Under the pieces are notes generated by a model that was not told the origin of the DNA, did no database searches, and worked only from the letters and a program-made list of their open reading frames with translations. This document shows positions 36,100 through 45,985 of a DNA stretch of 64,000 bases, piece after piece. Numbering within the stretch: the stretch's first letter is position 1; every line of letters starts with the position of its first letter. Source of the DNA: Parcubacteria group bacterium (GTDB lineage: Bacteria > Patescibacteriota > Minisyncoccia > UBA10092); NCBI GenBank assembly GCA_016186325.1, contig JACPLW010000012.1:18644-82643 (forward strand). The letters are read 5' to 3'. The position numbers and the translations under genes are program-made.

Positions 36100-37688
36100 T
36101 ATAGTAGCCGGCCAAGGCCCTGGTTTTGTATTTTTCCTTCAGAAAAAGCCATTTTCCCGTTAATAATAACCGAATGAATTCCTCCGGAATACTGAAAAGG
36201 GTTTTCGTAAGTCGCCAGGTCTTTTACGGTCTCCGGGTTAAAAACGGTAATATCGGCAAAATACCCGTCTTTAATAACGCCGCAGTTTTTTAGGCCCATT
36301 TTAAGCGCCGGCAAAGCCGTCATTTTCTTTATCGCCTCTTCCCAGCTCAAAATGTTTTTTTCACGAACATAGCGGCCCAAAACTCTGGTAAAAGAGCCGA
36401 AAGAGCGGGGATGAAAAAGCTGATTTGATTGCGCGTCATCCAAATTGGCGGCAACGCCGTCGGAAACAATGATAGAAAACGGACTTTTTAACGATTCAAT
36501 TAAATTTTCTTCACTAAGAGAATTCCAAAAAACCATTAATCTTCCTTCCGCGGAAATCAAAAGATTAATTATCGCTTCGCAAACTCCTACGCCTTGATTC
36601 TTGGCGATATTGCCGATAGTTTTCCCGATATAAATTTTATCAATGTCTCCGGACGCGATTACAATATCTTTAAATTCATCCTTGCCCTCCATAGCTTTAG
36701 CGACGGAGGGTTGTTTCATCTCCGAAATAGCGCGAGCCCGCAGTTGTTGATTTTTTAAGTTTTCTACAAGTTTTGTTCTGCCGCCAACGGCAATCCAGTC
36801 GGGCAAAAGAGTATACAAAATGGTTGCGGTTGAAGCATACGGATAGACATCAAAATTAATATTCATCCCCGTTTCGGCCGCTTGGTGAATCTCGTCCAAG
36901 CTTTTTTTAAACAGCGGCCAATTATTTTTTCCGACAGCTTTAAAATGAGAAATCTCAAGATTTGTTTTATTTTTTCTTGCCGTTTCAATAGCCTCAACAA
37001 CACTTTCGTAAAGCTTGGCGCCTTCGTCTCTTAAATGCGTCGCGTAAATTTTTCCGGAATCTAAAATCGACAAAAGGCCGGATATTTCTTCGGACAAGAC
37101 TATCTTAGCGTGCGAATAGCTTAGTCCGGTTGAAAATCCAATCGCCCCGTCGTTTATAGAGGCCTCAAGCAGATGTTTCATTTGAGAAAATTCCTTTGAG
37201 TCCAAATCCCGAAATTCATCCTTTATAATCCCCCGCCGCAAGGTAGAATGACCAACTAAAGTACCGAAATTCAAAAGTAGTTTTCTTTTTTTTATTTCTT
37301 CAAAAAATTCACGGGTCGTCTGCCAGTTAACGTTAATTTTTTTGACATCGGCCCATTTTTGGATGCTTAAAATAATGTTGCCGGAGGTTAGCGGTGATAA
37401 AGAAGAACCGCAGTTTCCTCCGATAATCGTGGTAATCCCCTGGCGCACCAAACTTTCCGCGTTCGGATGGCTAAAAAGCGTCCAGTACCGGTCTGAGGCA
37501 TTGTTTATATCAATAAATCCGGGAGCAACAAAAAGACCGGTGGCATCAATGGTGGTTTTCGCGCTTGGCGTGCCTAAAAAACCGATTTTCTCTATCTTTC
37601 CGTCTTTTATTGCGATATCAGCATGATACGCCGGCGTCCCCACGCCATCTATCACCGTTCCGTTTTTAATTAAAATATCTAAGGCCAT
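36099..37688 (-). CDS. amidohydrolase, N-acyl-D-amino-acid deacylase (D-aminoacylase) family
   Basis: 529 aa; 'ILIKNGTVIDGVG..DIAIKDGKI', 'APGFID'; contains in-frame GC-rich repeat (36684-36710) encoding 'SVAKAMEGK'. Confidence 0.6.
   Translation of the reverse strand: MALDILIKNGTVIDGVGTPAYHADIAIKDGKIEKIGFLGTPSAKTTIDATGLFVAPGFIDINNASDRYWTLFSHPNAESLVRQGITTIIGGNCGSSLSPLTSGNIILSIQKWADVKKINVNWQTTREFFEEIKKRKLLLNFGTLVGHSTLRRGIIKDEFRDLDSKEFSQMKHLLEASINDGAIGFSTGLSYSHAKIVLSEEISGLLSILDSGKIYATHLRDEGAKLYESVVEAIETARKNKTNLEISHFKAVGKNNWPLFKKSLDEIHQAAETGMNINFDVYPYASTATILYTLLPDWIAVGGRTKLVENLKNQQLRARAISEMKQPSVAKAMEGKDEFKDIVIASGDIDKIYIGKTIGNIAKNQGVGVCEAIINLLISAEGRLMVFWNSLSEENLIESLKSPFSIIVSDGVAANLDDAQSNQLFHPRSFGSFTRVLGRYVREKNILSWEEAIKKMTALPALKMGLKNCGVIKDGYFADITVFNPETVKDLATYENPFQYSGGIHSVIINGKMAFSEGKIQNQGLGRLL
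36684..36710. repeat. GC-rich element GCCCTCCATAGCTTTAGCGACGGAGGG in frame inside amidohydrolase gene
   Basis: Same family as 21891-21917 and 27070-27130. Confidence 0.65.
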
Positions 37689-37854
37689 TACTCATATTAT
37701 ACAACAATGATAGTCAAAAACAAAAAACCGCTAAGGAGGCGAGCAATTTTGTGGCTGTGGACAACCTATTGACTTTTTATAAGCGCTTATGCTATACTTT
37801 TTCTATTCATAAGAAGAAGCACCTCCTTGGGTTTTGTCCCTCGGCGGTGCTTTT

Positions 37855-38343
37855 TCATTTATATTCAAGCTTTTTTCGCAAATTATCCATAAATACAACT
37901 CTCTCTTTTGCTTCCTTTTTCAGTAAAGTTGAACAGGTTTTAACATACGGACTCATCACAAATCGCAATTTATTATTTTGATAAAGATGTTTTACCAGAG
38001 AATAAAAATCTCCATCACTCGAAACAATGATTGCCTGATTATAGTTTGGAAAATCAATCATGGCCTGTAAAACGAGATCGGCATCTATATTGCCCTTTAC
38101 ATTCCCATCATCGTCCGGAATAGTTGGCTTAAAAACCAATACATAGCCAGCTTTTTGCAGCTCAGAATAAAGCGGCTGATTGCCAGCCACATAACCGATA
38201 AAGTAATACGCTGTTGCTACAGAATATTTTTCCGCAAGGTATTTTCTAAAACGCCAATAATTTAATTTCCAGCCCAAGCTTTGAATACCTAGATTAAGAT
38301 TCTGACCATCTATAAACGCAAAATTGTTTTCGTCTTTTTTCAT
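37855..38343 (-). CDS. NYN-domain (LabA/DUF88-like, PIN-fold) putative ribonuclease
   Basis: Start at internal ATG 38343 ('MKKDENNFAFIDGQNL'); 'IVSSDGDF'; the track N-terminal extension overlaps the upstream gene. Confidence 0.65.
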   Translation of the reverse strand: MKKDENNFAFIDGQNLNLGIQSLGWKLNYWRFRKYLAEKYSVATAYYFIGYVAGNQPLYSELQKAGYVLVFKPTIPDDDGNVKGNIDADLVLQAMIDFPNYNQAIIVSSDGDFYSLVKHLYQNNKLRFVMSPYVKTCSTLLKKEAKERVVFMDNLRKKLEYK

Positions 38344-38356
38344 AAATTTACCATGC

Positions 38357-38557
38357 CTAATTTTTTGTTGGCCAGTATTCAAATAATTCACCGCATTTAT
38401 TACATTCGTATTGATAAAAAACATTAGTAAATTTAGGATATTCTTGCATTAATCTTGGTCTAACTATTGCGTCTCCATTTTCAATTTTAGTAATTTCGTG
38501 AATGTTAGAACTTTTACATTTAAGATTAGGGCATTCCTTTTCATTAGTTTTTTTCAT
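38357..38557 (-). CDS. small zinc-ribbon protein (two CxxC pairs)
   Basis: 66 aa; 'CPNLKC' ... 'CNKCG'; 13 nt upstream of NYN gene. Confidence 0.45.
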   Translation of the reverse strand: MKKTNEKECPNLKCKSSNIHEITKIENGDAIVRPRLMQEYPKFTNVFYQYECNKCGELFEYWPTKN

Positions 38558-38602
38558 AAATTTATTTTTAATAATTTAAGTTGATCATATAACTAAAAAC
38601 GA

Positions 38603-39913
38603 CTACTTATCTGACAGGTCTTCGATAGCGCCCTCTTTAATACCTCTAGCAGCCTTCACTGATTGAATTATCTTGTCCAACATAGTTTCATCCTTCCCAT
38701 AGACTTGCCCTGGGTGGCGCGCTATTACCTTTATCAGTTGAACGTCAAGTTCTTTTCTTGCTCCGGGTGAAATTGGATACGAGCCTTGTGTCTCTCTTGA
38801 AGAGAAATTTAGATACATTTTAGTTACTTGTGCTTTGTGGTTATATTCTTCAGCCAATCGTCTTTTGTGCGAGATACTTCTTTGTCCAAACCATGAGATC
38901 CACCATAAAGGTAAGCTAATAATTAGGCGGCCGTAAAAATTTAATCCACTTAGGTGACTTGCAATAATACTACTCGGATCTTGAGAACCCACTGCCCGAG
39001 CAAACCATTCAGGCTGAATAAAAATAGAGACAGAAATTAAGAGTGGCAATACAAAAAATACATAATCAAGAAGAACCATTATTATACTAATCACAAACAT
39101 TAAGATATTGGAAAAAATCGAGCCTACATTTTGGCCCAGTGTTCCATCTAATTTTTTGTATTCAGGTTCTTGTTTGTACTCTTTTTTTGATTTTAAAAAA
39201 CCTTCAACCAAAGAACCTCCAGAAGCCCCGACTAGCAACGCCTTAACATCCTTCGCCTTATTTACTATGTCGTCCTTAGTTTCTTTTAGAAATGGTGAGA
39301 TATCATTGTCGACATTAGCTCGAAAAGTTCTTATACGCTCAATATCCTTATTTAGTTTAGAAACCTTATTGTCTCCCTGCTCATCTTTAGCATATAGATC
39401 CTCATGAGATTTAATAACCTCTGCATGAGCAGACTCAATGGCTTTTGCGTACCCACCATCTTTCGTAAGATCAGAGTGGAATTTAGTAATATCCTCTATT
39501 ACTGTCTTTATTTTCTTCTCTTCTCCCTCTCCTTCTGTTCCACCAAAAAGATAAACATAAAAATCCGTAATATTATCTTGAGACTCCCGTATATCAGATT
39601 TAATAGACTCATCGCCTTCGAGTAAATCTTTATGATACTTTCGTATATCATCTAATTTTGTATTTAGTTCTGAAATCTTTGAAACACCAGATTCATTACT
39701 AACAAACAAATCACTGTATAGCTTTATAATATCTTCTAGGTGTGTTTCTACCTCGACAATAAGAGATTTCTTACCATCCTCACTTTCAAATAGCTTTTTA
39801 TAAGCTTCATTTATTTTTTTAATTTGAGATAAAGCATCTTTAACAAAGTTATCAAACTCTTTTTTACTAAAAGAATCTTCCGATTGAATATTTTGATTAT
39901 TTACATCTTCCAT
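38603..39913 (-). CDS. hypothetical protein: ~230-aa acidic cytoplasmic domain with internal ~45-aa repeats, then C-terminal membrane domain
   Basis: Repeated 'K(Y/F)H.DL..G' / 'DLYAKDEQG' units; TM segments 'ILMFVISIIMVLLDYVFFVLPLLI' and 'LIISLPLWWISWF'. Confidence 0.5.
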   Translation of the reverse strand: MEDVNNQNIQSEDSFSKKEFDNFVKDALSQIKKINEAYKKLFESEDGKKSLIVEVETHLEDIIKLYSDLFVSNESGVSKISELNTKLDDIRKYHKDLLEGDESIKSDIRESQDNITDFYVYLFGGTEGEGEEKKIKTVIEDITKFHSDLTKDGGYAKAIESAHAEVIKSHEDLYAKDEQGDNKVSKLNKDIERIRTFRANVDNDISPFLKETKDDIVNKAKDVKALLVGASGGSLVEGFLKSKKEYKQEPEYKKLDGTLGQNVGSIFSNILMFVISIIMVLLDYVFFVLPLLISVSIFIQPEWFARAVGSQDPSSIIASHLSGLNFYGRLIISLPLWWISWFGQRSISHKRRLAEEYNHKAQVTKMYLNFSSRETQGSYPISPGARKELDVQLIKVIARHPGQVYGKDETMLDKIIQSVKAARGIKEGAIEDLSDK

Positions 39914-40058
39914 AAATTTAATATTTTAATTCTGGCAAATATTTGGAGACTGATTTAAGACTAATTTTCCGGCTACATTTTATCTCTTTTATACTTTTTT
40001 GGCAAATTAAAAACTACCTCCGCCTGAATGGAGTCGGATTGGTAATTTGTAACTATTT

Positions 40059-40277
40059 TCATTTCGTATGTTTTTCTAGCGCTTCTCTTATAGACTCGAC
40101 TTCGTATTCTCTCTTGAACGTATCCCAACGCATATCTTTGCGCACGTTGAAATCAACGTTGTAGCGTTTCTCTAGTGTTTCTATCTTAGTATCACCGCGA
40201 ATTTTTTTAAGACGACCTCCTTGTGTCCTTGCTGCATGACCGGGCATATTTGGTGCGTTAGTATCTAGTTTTGGCAT
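40059..40277 (-). CDS. hypothetical small basic protein (72 aa)
   Basis: ORF preceded by GC-rich leader with terminator (40322-40342). Confidence 0.4.
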   Translation of the reverse strand: MPKLDTNAPNMPGHAARTQGGRLKKIRGDTKIETLEKRYNVDFNVRKDMRWDTFKREYEVESIREALEKHTK

Positions 40278-40321
40278 GATATCTTTTAATACTTAATTTT
40301 TATATTCGACCTTTAAGCAAC

Positions 40322-40420
40322 AAAAAACGCGGCTTTCCCGCGATTCATTTCTGAAACACCACCGAACAGCGGAGCTGTCGGGAAAGTATTTTTATGTGAA
40401 TCGGGGCGATAATGATTGAG
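40322..40420 (-). promoter_or_regulatory. candidate attenuator leader: CCGACAGC-ucc-GCUGUUCGG hairpin then CGCGG-gaaag-CCGCG + U6 terminator upstream of 40059-40277
   Basis: Upstream CUUUCCCG can pair with the terminator 5' arm CGGGAAAG (alternative antiterminator). Confidence 0.35.
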
Positions 40421-40573
40421 ATTTAATAAATTTAAAATTTTATAAATCCCCGATTGATGGATGCCGATTTTTAGTTGTTATTTAGATTTTAACAAATGTA
40501 TTACGTATGTCAATACAATATGTGGATAACTTTCGGTTTATTTTCGGTATCAGAAGTTTTATAATTAATATAT

Positions 40574-41167
40574 ATGTTAACAAAACGCCAAAAACAAATT
40601 TTAGATTTTTATAACAAGTTTTCTAAGAAACATGAATATTCCCCTTCTCTAGAAGAAACGGCAAAACACTTTCACCTATCGTCGGTTTCTGGTATCCACC
40701 AACATATTCAGGCACTTATAGAAAAGGGATGCTTAAGTAGGCAAAAAAATAAGCCGCGAGGAATTGAAATAGAAAAATCGGAAAAGCTTGTAAAAATTCC
40801 CTTGCTTGGCACAATCGCGGCTGGTGGCCCCATTGAAGCAATTAGAAGCCCCGAGATTATAGAAGTTATGCGCAGCATGCTCTCAAGTGGCGCTAATCAC
40901 TATGCCCTAAAAGTGTTGGGAGTAAGTATGATAGAAGAAGGTATTTCTGACGGCGATATTGTGATTGTTCGTGAACAATCGGCCGTCAATGACGGTGAAA
41001 AAGCAGTTGCGTATCTTCCCGACAAAAATACGGTTACTTTAAAAAAGATTTATAGAGAGCAAAATCGTATAAAACTTGTTCCGACAAATAAAACGATGAA
41101 GCCGTTTTACGAAAAAAATATTGAAGTTCAGGGCAAGGTAGTTGGAGTTTTAAGAAAGGAAATTTAG
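40574..41167 (+). CDS. lexA: LexA-family repressor (wHTH + S24 peptidase)
   Basis: 197 aa; 'GTIAAGGPIEA', catalytic Ser in 'LGVSMIEEGI', Lys in 'VTLKKI'. Confidence 0.8.
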   Translation: MLTKRQKQILDFYNKFSKKHEYSPSLEETAKHFHLSSVSGIHQHIQALIEKGCLSRQKNKPRGIEIEKSEKLVKIPLLGTIAAGGPIEAIRSPEIIEVMRSMLSSGANHYALKVLGVSMIEEGISDGDIVIVREQSAVNDGEKAVAYLPDKNTVTLKKIYREQNRIKLVPTNKTMKPFYEKNIEVQGKVVGVLRKEI

Positions 41168-41179
41168 TAAAATTACATT

Positions 41180-42721
41180 ATGAGTGGAAGCAAATCAATA
41201 ATAAATAATCTGCCAATACAAGATTTTAATTTAGTGCTTGACCGCCTTGGATTAGAAAAGGCATGGTATTCAATTTTAGCGACTAACTTAAGTAAAAATA
41301 ACAGAGACGACTTAAGATACATTTTTGACGAAAAAGAATTTAGAAATAACGAAATTCAAAACTTTGATTTTATTGGAGGCCTTACCATTGGTGAAATTTC
41401 GGTACTTTATGAATATTCTCTTGCTTATACAGATCGCGACAAGCGAAAACAAGAGGGACAATATTTTACTCCGGACGACGTTGCACAAATCATGGCAAAA
41501 AAGGTCTCCTCTTTTCCAAAAAATAAATTATGGATAGACCCGTGTTCTGGTGTCGGAAATTTGTCTTATTGGCTTATTCAACATCAAGAAAATAAGGAGA
41601 ATTTTTTAAAAAATAATATATTTCTTATTGATCGTGATAAATTAGCCTTATTTATTGCGCGATTTGTTTTAACAGTTAATTTTCAGAAAAAAGATAAAAA
41701 ATTATTTAAAAATATAAAATCCCGCTTTATCGTTTCTGACTTCTTGCTTTCTGATAATATACCAAAATATGATTATGCAATTCTTAACCCGCCCTATGTA
41801 GTTGTAGAACCCGATATGCGATTTGAAACAAGTACAACAAGAGATCTTTATGCTTATTTTTTAGAAAAAGTTATAAAAACTTCTATCGGTTTTGTTTCAA
41901 TCACGCCGCAAACATTTACAAATGGTCAAAAATTTAATCCTTTAAGGAAACTACTTCTAAATAACTTCGGTGACATTAGTGTTTATTGTTTTGACAATGT
42001 ACCTGATAACATTTTTCGCGGGATCAAATTTGGTTCAAAGAATACAAACAAAGCGAATAGTACAAGAGCAGGTATTATAGTTGCAAAACAAAATGATAAG
42101 GAACAAATTTTTAGAATAACCCCACTTCTCCGATGGCGTGTTAAAGATAGACAAAAACTTCTTAACTCTGTTGATGAATTTTTGGTTCAAATTAAACCAA
42201 AGGAAGATATTTTCCCGAAACTACAAAAGAATTTATTACCTCTTTACGATTTCGCGAAGAGACAAGAAAAAGTATTGGCCCACTTTGTGTCACAACGGCC
42301 AACACAATATAAGTTGATCGTTCCATCTACGCCAAGATACTTTATCTCCGCCCTCAAAAGGTCAGTGGAGCGATCTTCGTTCAAAACACTTTATTTTTAT
42401 AGCGAACAAGAAAGAGACACTGCGTATCTATTACTAAATAGCAGTTATATGTACTGGTGGTGGCGAGTTAATGATGGAGGAATGACGATATCAGAAAGAA
42501 CATTACTGACATTACCTATCATTAATAAAATTTCAATTGATAAAAACCTTTTGTTAAAAATCGAGCAATCAGAACGAACAAATTGTGTAGTTAAAAGAAA
42601 TGCAGGTAAAGATAATGAAAATGTAAAACATGACCCGTCATTAATAAAAGAAATTAACCAATGCCTTTTCCCGCGCTTTGCAAATGCACTAGAAATGTTA
42701 CATAATAATTCTGTAATTTAA
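41180..42721 (+). CDS. N6-adenine DNA methyltransferase (gamma-class), type II R-M
   Basis: 513 aa; 'GQYFTPDDVAQIM', motif I 'IDPCSGVGNL', motif IV 'AILNPPYVV', ~280-aa C-terminal putative TRD. Confidence 0.75.
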   Translation: MSGSKSIINNLPIQDFNLVLDRLGLEKAWYSILATNLSKNNRDDLRYIFDEKEFRNNEIQNFDFIGGLTIGEISVLYEYSLAYTDRDKRKQEGQYFTPDDVAQIMAKKVSSFPKNKLWIDPCSGVGNLSYWLIQHQENKENFLKNNIFLIDRDKLALFIARFVLTVNFQKKDKKLFKNIKSRFIVSDFLLSDNIPKYDYAILNPPYVVVEPDMRFETSTTRDLYAYFLEKVIKTSIGFVSITPQTFTNGQKFNPLRKLLLNNFGDISVYCFDNVPDNIFRGIKFGSKNTNKANSTRAGIIVAKQNDKEQIFRITPLLRWRVKDRQKLLNSVDEFLVQIKPKEDIFPKLQKNLLPLYDFAKRQEKVLAHFVSQRPTQYKLIVPSTPRYFISALKRSVERSSFKTLYFYSEQERDTAYLLLNSSYMYWWWRVNDGGMTISERTLLTLPIINKISIDKNLLLKIEQSERTNCVVKRNAGKDNENVKHDPSLIKEINQCLFPRFANALEMLHNNSVI

Positions 42722-42726
42722 TCCTT

Positions 42727-43383
42727 ATGATCTCAAAAGGTTTAGCTATACAATTAGAAAAATTGCTTAAAAAAATACCGGCCTTTTGGGACGGCCGCAA
42801 AGCAATCCTTGAAATGAAAGGGACGGGTTATTCGCACTGGAAACAAATGGAGTGGATAGGTTTCTATTTTCAATTTCTTTGTGATACAAAATTATCTCCG
42901 TTGGTAAAAATACCCGGTCCCAAGTACAATAGAGTAGAGTTTGATGGATTTGCCGAAATACCTTGGGATTTTAAAGCACACCCGAACAAAAACGCTACTG
43001 GTCAGGAGAACAAAAGTATTATTATCAATGATCGATTGGCCACCATAAAAGCAATTAAGCAATTCGGAGAAGCCGGACTTATACTAGCAATTGGGGATGC
43101 AGAATATAATGATGAAAATAGAAGCTTCCAAATTTGGCATAAAAAATTAAAGGGTGGGTTGTCTAATTACGAGAAACAAAGAATTTTGCGTAAAGCGCCT
43201 TCACGCTTGAGAAAAACCGCCTTCAAGTTGAAAGAAATTAAATTGGTTTTGATGAATAATAATATGATTCGAAAACTAAGTTCATTTCAAGAAGGTTTTA
43301 GAAATTCTGATGGAAGCCCAAGAAACGCGAAGTTACTTTTGGACTTAGATAAGATTGTTGCTGCCAAAACAATCCGATTTTAA
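42727..43383 (+). CDS. putative restriction endonuclease partner (PD-(D/E)xK-like)
   Basis: 218 aa directly 3' of MTase; 'VEFDGFAEIPWDFKAH' fits D...E.K spacing; weak. Confidence 0.4.
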   Translation: MISKGLAIQLEKLLKKIPAFWDGRKAILEMKGTGYSHWKQMEWIGFYFQFLCDTKLSPLVKIPGPKYNRVEFDGFAEIPWDFKAHPNKNATGQENKSIIINDRLATIKAIKQFGEAGLILAIGDAEYNDENRSFQIWHKKLKGGLSNYEKQRILRKAPSRLRKTAFKLKEIKLVLMNNNMIRKLSSFQEGFRNSDGSPRNAKLLLDLDKIVAAKTIRF

Positions 43384-43577
43384 AAAATTTTATTCTAATC
43401 TTCTTTTTCAAAATTAAGGCAAACGGAGTTTATGCAATACCTTTTTCCTTGCATTTGTACACCCCCTTTTCATGAGTATCCCAATATTTCCCGGAAAAAG
43501 GCGCTTCCGTATTATTTAAATCTTTATCTTTTTGATCGTAGGGCATTTAATCAATTAATGCATATTTTATTAAATAT

Positions 43578-43937
43578 TTATTGTCGTTTTTTATACTCTC
43601 CGAAAACGTGTACCCAGCCTTTTCTTTTGCGCTGCGTTTTTTCCGTTAATTCTCTTGTCTCGGCATCGTAGTATATGTTTTTTACTTCTTCGTCGGTTAT
43701 TGTTTCTTGAATTCGATCAAGCGCATCAACATTCACGTCATATTTTTTAACCAACTCAAAATCGCCTAAGTTTAATTGCGCCGTCTCGTTGTTATTAAGA
43801 TAGTTTACAGATATATATTCGGGGCCACTGCTATATGCTTGCGCCCAGCGACCATCAATTTTAATAATATCAAGCGTTGGCGGATATTCCGCTTTCTGTT
43901 CAGTTTCTCTTTTTATACTTTCTTCATTTTTCATTTC
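43578..43937 (-). CDS. hypothetical protein (start at internal ATG 43937)
   Basis: 'MKNEESIKRETEQ...'; the longer track ORF overlaps mraY. Confidence 0.4.
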   Translation of the reverse strand, partial: EMKNEESIKRETEQKAEYPPTLDIIKIDGRWAQAYSSGPEYISVNYLNNNETAQLNLGDFELVKKYDVNVDALDRIQETITDEEVKNIYYDAETRELTEKTQRKRKGWVHVFGEYKKRQ

Positions 43938-44964
43938 ATTTACCAAGTAGACCGATGACAAGGCCGATGGTGGCGGTAACGGCGGAAATAATCCAAAAGC
44001 GCATTGTAACTTTTGTTTCCGGCCAGCCCATTGCCTCAAAATGGTGATGAATGGGCGTTGAAAGAAAGATTTTTTTTCCGCGGAATTTTTTTGAAATCAT
44101 CTGAACGATTACCGAACCGGATTCCAAAACAAGAATAAAAGCGATAAGCGGCAAAAGAAGCGCGGCGTTAGTAAGCATGGCAACAATGCCAAGCGTTACT
44201 CCAAGCGACATCGCACCAGTGTCCCCCATAAAAAACCGCGCCGGATGAATATTAAACCACAAAAATGCCAATAGGGCGCCCACGATAACGCCGGTAAATG
44301 CCGCCAAATCATAATGTTCTTGAGTGAAGGCTAGGGCGCCCAAAGCGGCAAAAGCGAATAAAAGAACTCCGCCCGCAAGGCCGTCCAAACCGTCGGTTTC
44401 ATTGGTAGAAAAAGCAGTGGCAACAATTATAAAAATAAAAATCGGCAAATACCAAAAGCCGACACTAAAATCCCCTAAAAATGGAATATAAAAAACATCA
44501 AAGCCAAGTTTGAAATAAAACCACCACGCGCCTATGGCCGCCACGGCAGTATAAAGAAAAATCTTATGTTTCATTGACAATCCCCCGCCCTTTGGACCTA
44601 TCCGAAAAATACCAAGTAAATCATCGGCAAATCCTAAGATTGCCGAAAAAACTAAGGCGCCTAGCGGCAAAAATGTCTGTGAACGGCTTAAAAAATTAAA
44701 ACGGTTGAAAATGCCGTCAAAAAACAAAGAAAATAACCAGAAGCCGATAGCTAAAACCAGGGTTGTCCCCCAAACCAAGATTCCACCCATAGTCGGCGTG
44801 CCTTCTTTGCTTCCATGAATTTTGGCAAAAATTGGAGCGCCCTCGGTTCTTATCTGCTTTCCAAGCCTATATTTAAACAAAAAATGCGTTAAAAGCGGAG
44901 TTAAAGAAAACGCCACCAAAAACGAAACTGAAGTTAAAATTAAAAGTCGTGTTATCTCGCTCAT
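43936..44964 (-). CDS. mraY: phospho-N-acetylmuramoyl-pentapeptide transferase MraY
   Basis: Start at ATG 44964 ('MSEITRLLILTSV'); 'DDLLGIF', 'NETDGLDGLAGG', 'MGDTGA'. Confidence 0.9.
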   Translation of the reverse strand: MSEITRLLILTSVSFLVAFSLTPLLTHFLFKYRLGKQIRTEGAPIFAKIHGSKEGTPTMGGILVWGTTLVLAIGFWLFSLFFDGIFNRFNFLSRSQTFLPLGALVFSAILGFADDLLGIFRIGPKGGGLSMKHKIFLYTAVAAIGAWWFYFKLGFDVFYIPFLGDFSVGFWYLPIFIFIIVATAFSTNETDGLDGLAGGVLLFAFAALGALAFTQEHYDLAAFTGVIVGALLAFLWFNIHPARFFMGDTGAMSLGVTLGIVAMLTNAALLLPLIAFILVLESGSVIVQMISKKFRGKKIFLSTPIHHHFEAMGWPETKVTMRFWIISAVTATIGLVIGLLGK

Positions 44965-44983
44965 ATGAATATTAGCATCGCAC

Positions 44984-45949
44984 TTACCAGATATATGCCT
45001 CTCGTAACCAATTAATAAGTTTTTCCGATTCGCCAAAACGATCGGGAGATCCCAAAATTACCGTTATTACATTTTCTTCACTTCCAAAGTTTAGGCTGGA
45101 AATCAAAAGCATCAGCGAGCCGCCAGCGTTGTCGGTATAGCCAGTCTTACCGGCCACTACTTCGCTTATGTGTCTCAAAAGTTCATTGGTATTTTTAAGA
45201 CGGTGTTCAATTTTTCCGTTATTAGAATAAACTACCATATTTTGGGTTTTTAAAATATCCAATATTTCCGGATAAGTATTTATTAGATAACTAAAAATTT
45301 TGGCCATATCAAGCGCGGAAGAATAATTTCCATCTTCATCTAGTCCGTCGGCATTTACAAAATTAGTATTTTTGAGGCCAAGATTGCTAGCCTTTTTATT
45401 CATCAGCAAAATGAAATCTATTCTATATTCGGCCAGCGCTGAAGCGGCATCATTTGAGGAACTAATAAGCATTATGGCTAGAAGAGATCTTACTGTTATT
45501 TCTTCGTTTAAATATAAGCCGCCTTGCGATCCTTCTCTTTTTATATTATCTTCGGAGATTTTAATTATATCGTTTAAATTGTAATTTTCCAAAACAACTA
45601 TCGCCGTCATCAGTTTAGTAAGAGAGGCAATCGGCCGCCGAACTTCCATATTTTTATTGTAATAGATTCTTAGGGCATCAGGTCTCATAGCAACAGCCGC
45701 TTCCGCTTGGATTTCTAATGCCTGTATTGACCAATTTCTTTTTGGCAAAACGTTTTCCGAATCATCAAAAACAACTAGCTTCGGCGGCGCGAAATTTGTA
45801 AATGCCAATGGCGTTCCTTTAAGCTGAAATTTCGGCCCTTCGTCAGCGGTTGTTGGCCTGTCTTTAAACGGCGCGCCAAAAACCCAAATCAAAAAAGCGA
45901 TACCCAAAACGGCAGACATTTTAAAATAAAAATTTTCAGTGGAGTCCAT
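44984..45949 (-). CDS. dacA: D-alanyl-D-alanine carboxypeptidase (S11, PBP5-like)
   Basis: 321 aa; 'IASLTKLMT' (SxxK), 'SSNDAA' (SxN), 'AGKTGYT' (KTG). Confidence 0.8.
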   Translation of the reverse strand: MDSTENFYFKMSAVLGIAFLIWVFGAPFKDRPTTADEGPKFQLKGTPLAFTNFAPPKLVVFDDSENVLPKRNWSIQALEIQAEAAVAMRPDALRIYYNKNMEVRRPIASLTKLMTAIVVLENYNLNDIIKISEDNIKREGSQGGLYLNEEITVRSLLAIMLISSSNDAASALAEYRIDFILLMNKKASNLGLKNTNFVNADGLDEDGNYSSALDMAKIFSYLINTYPEILDILKTQNMVVYSNNGKIEHRLKNTNELLRHISEVVAGKTGYTDNAGGSLMLLISSLNFGSEENVITVILGSPDRFGESEKLINWLREAYIW

Positions 45950-45985
45950 GTAGTATAAAAATAAATATAAATTATTTTCCGAAGC

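Noticed and set aside
37751-37981. 76-aa + strand ORF with upstream AAGGAGG, and a TTGACT-N18-TATACT promoter-like site at 37778
   Set aside because: AAGGAGG is 17 nt from a GTG start, and the ORF runs antisense through the NYN gene 3' end. It is kept only as a possible tiny sRNA/terminator (AGCACC..GGTGCT+T5), with low support.
40320-40573. Searched lexA upstream region for a canonical LexA/Cheo box (CGAACN4GTTCG or CTGTN8ACAG)
   Set aside because: Only imperfect candidates were found (CGAACAGCggaGCTGTCGG; TGTATTN9AATACA). The operator consensus for this lineage is unknown to me.
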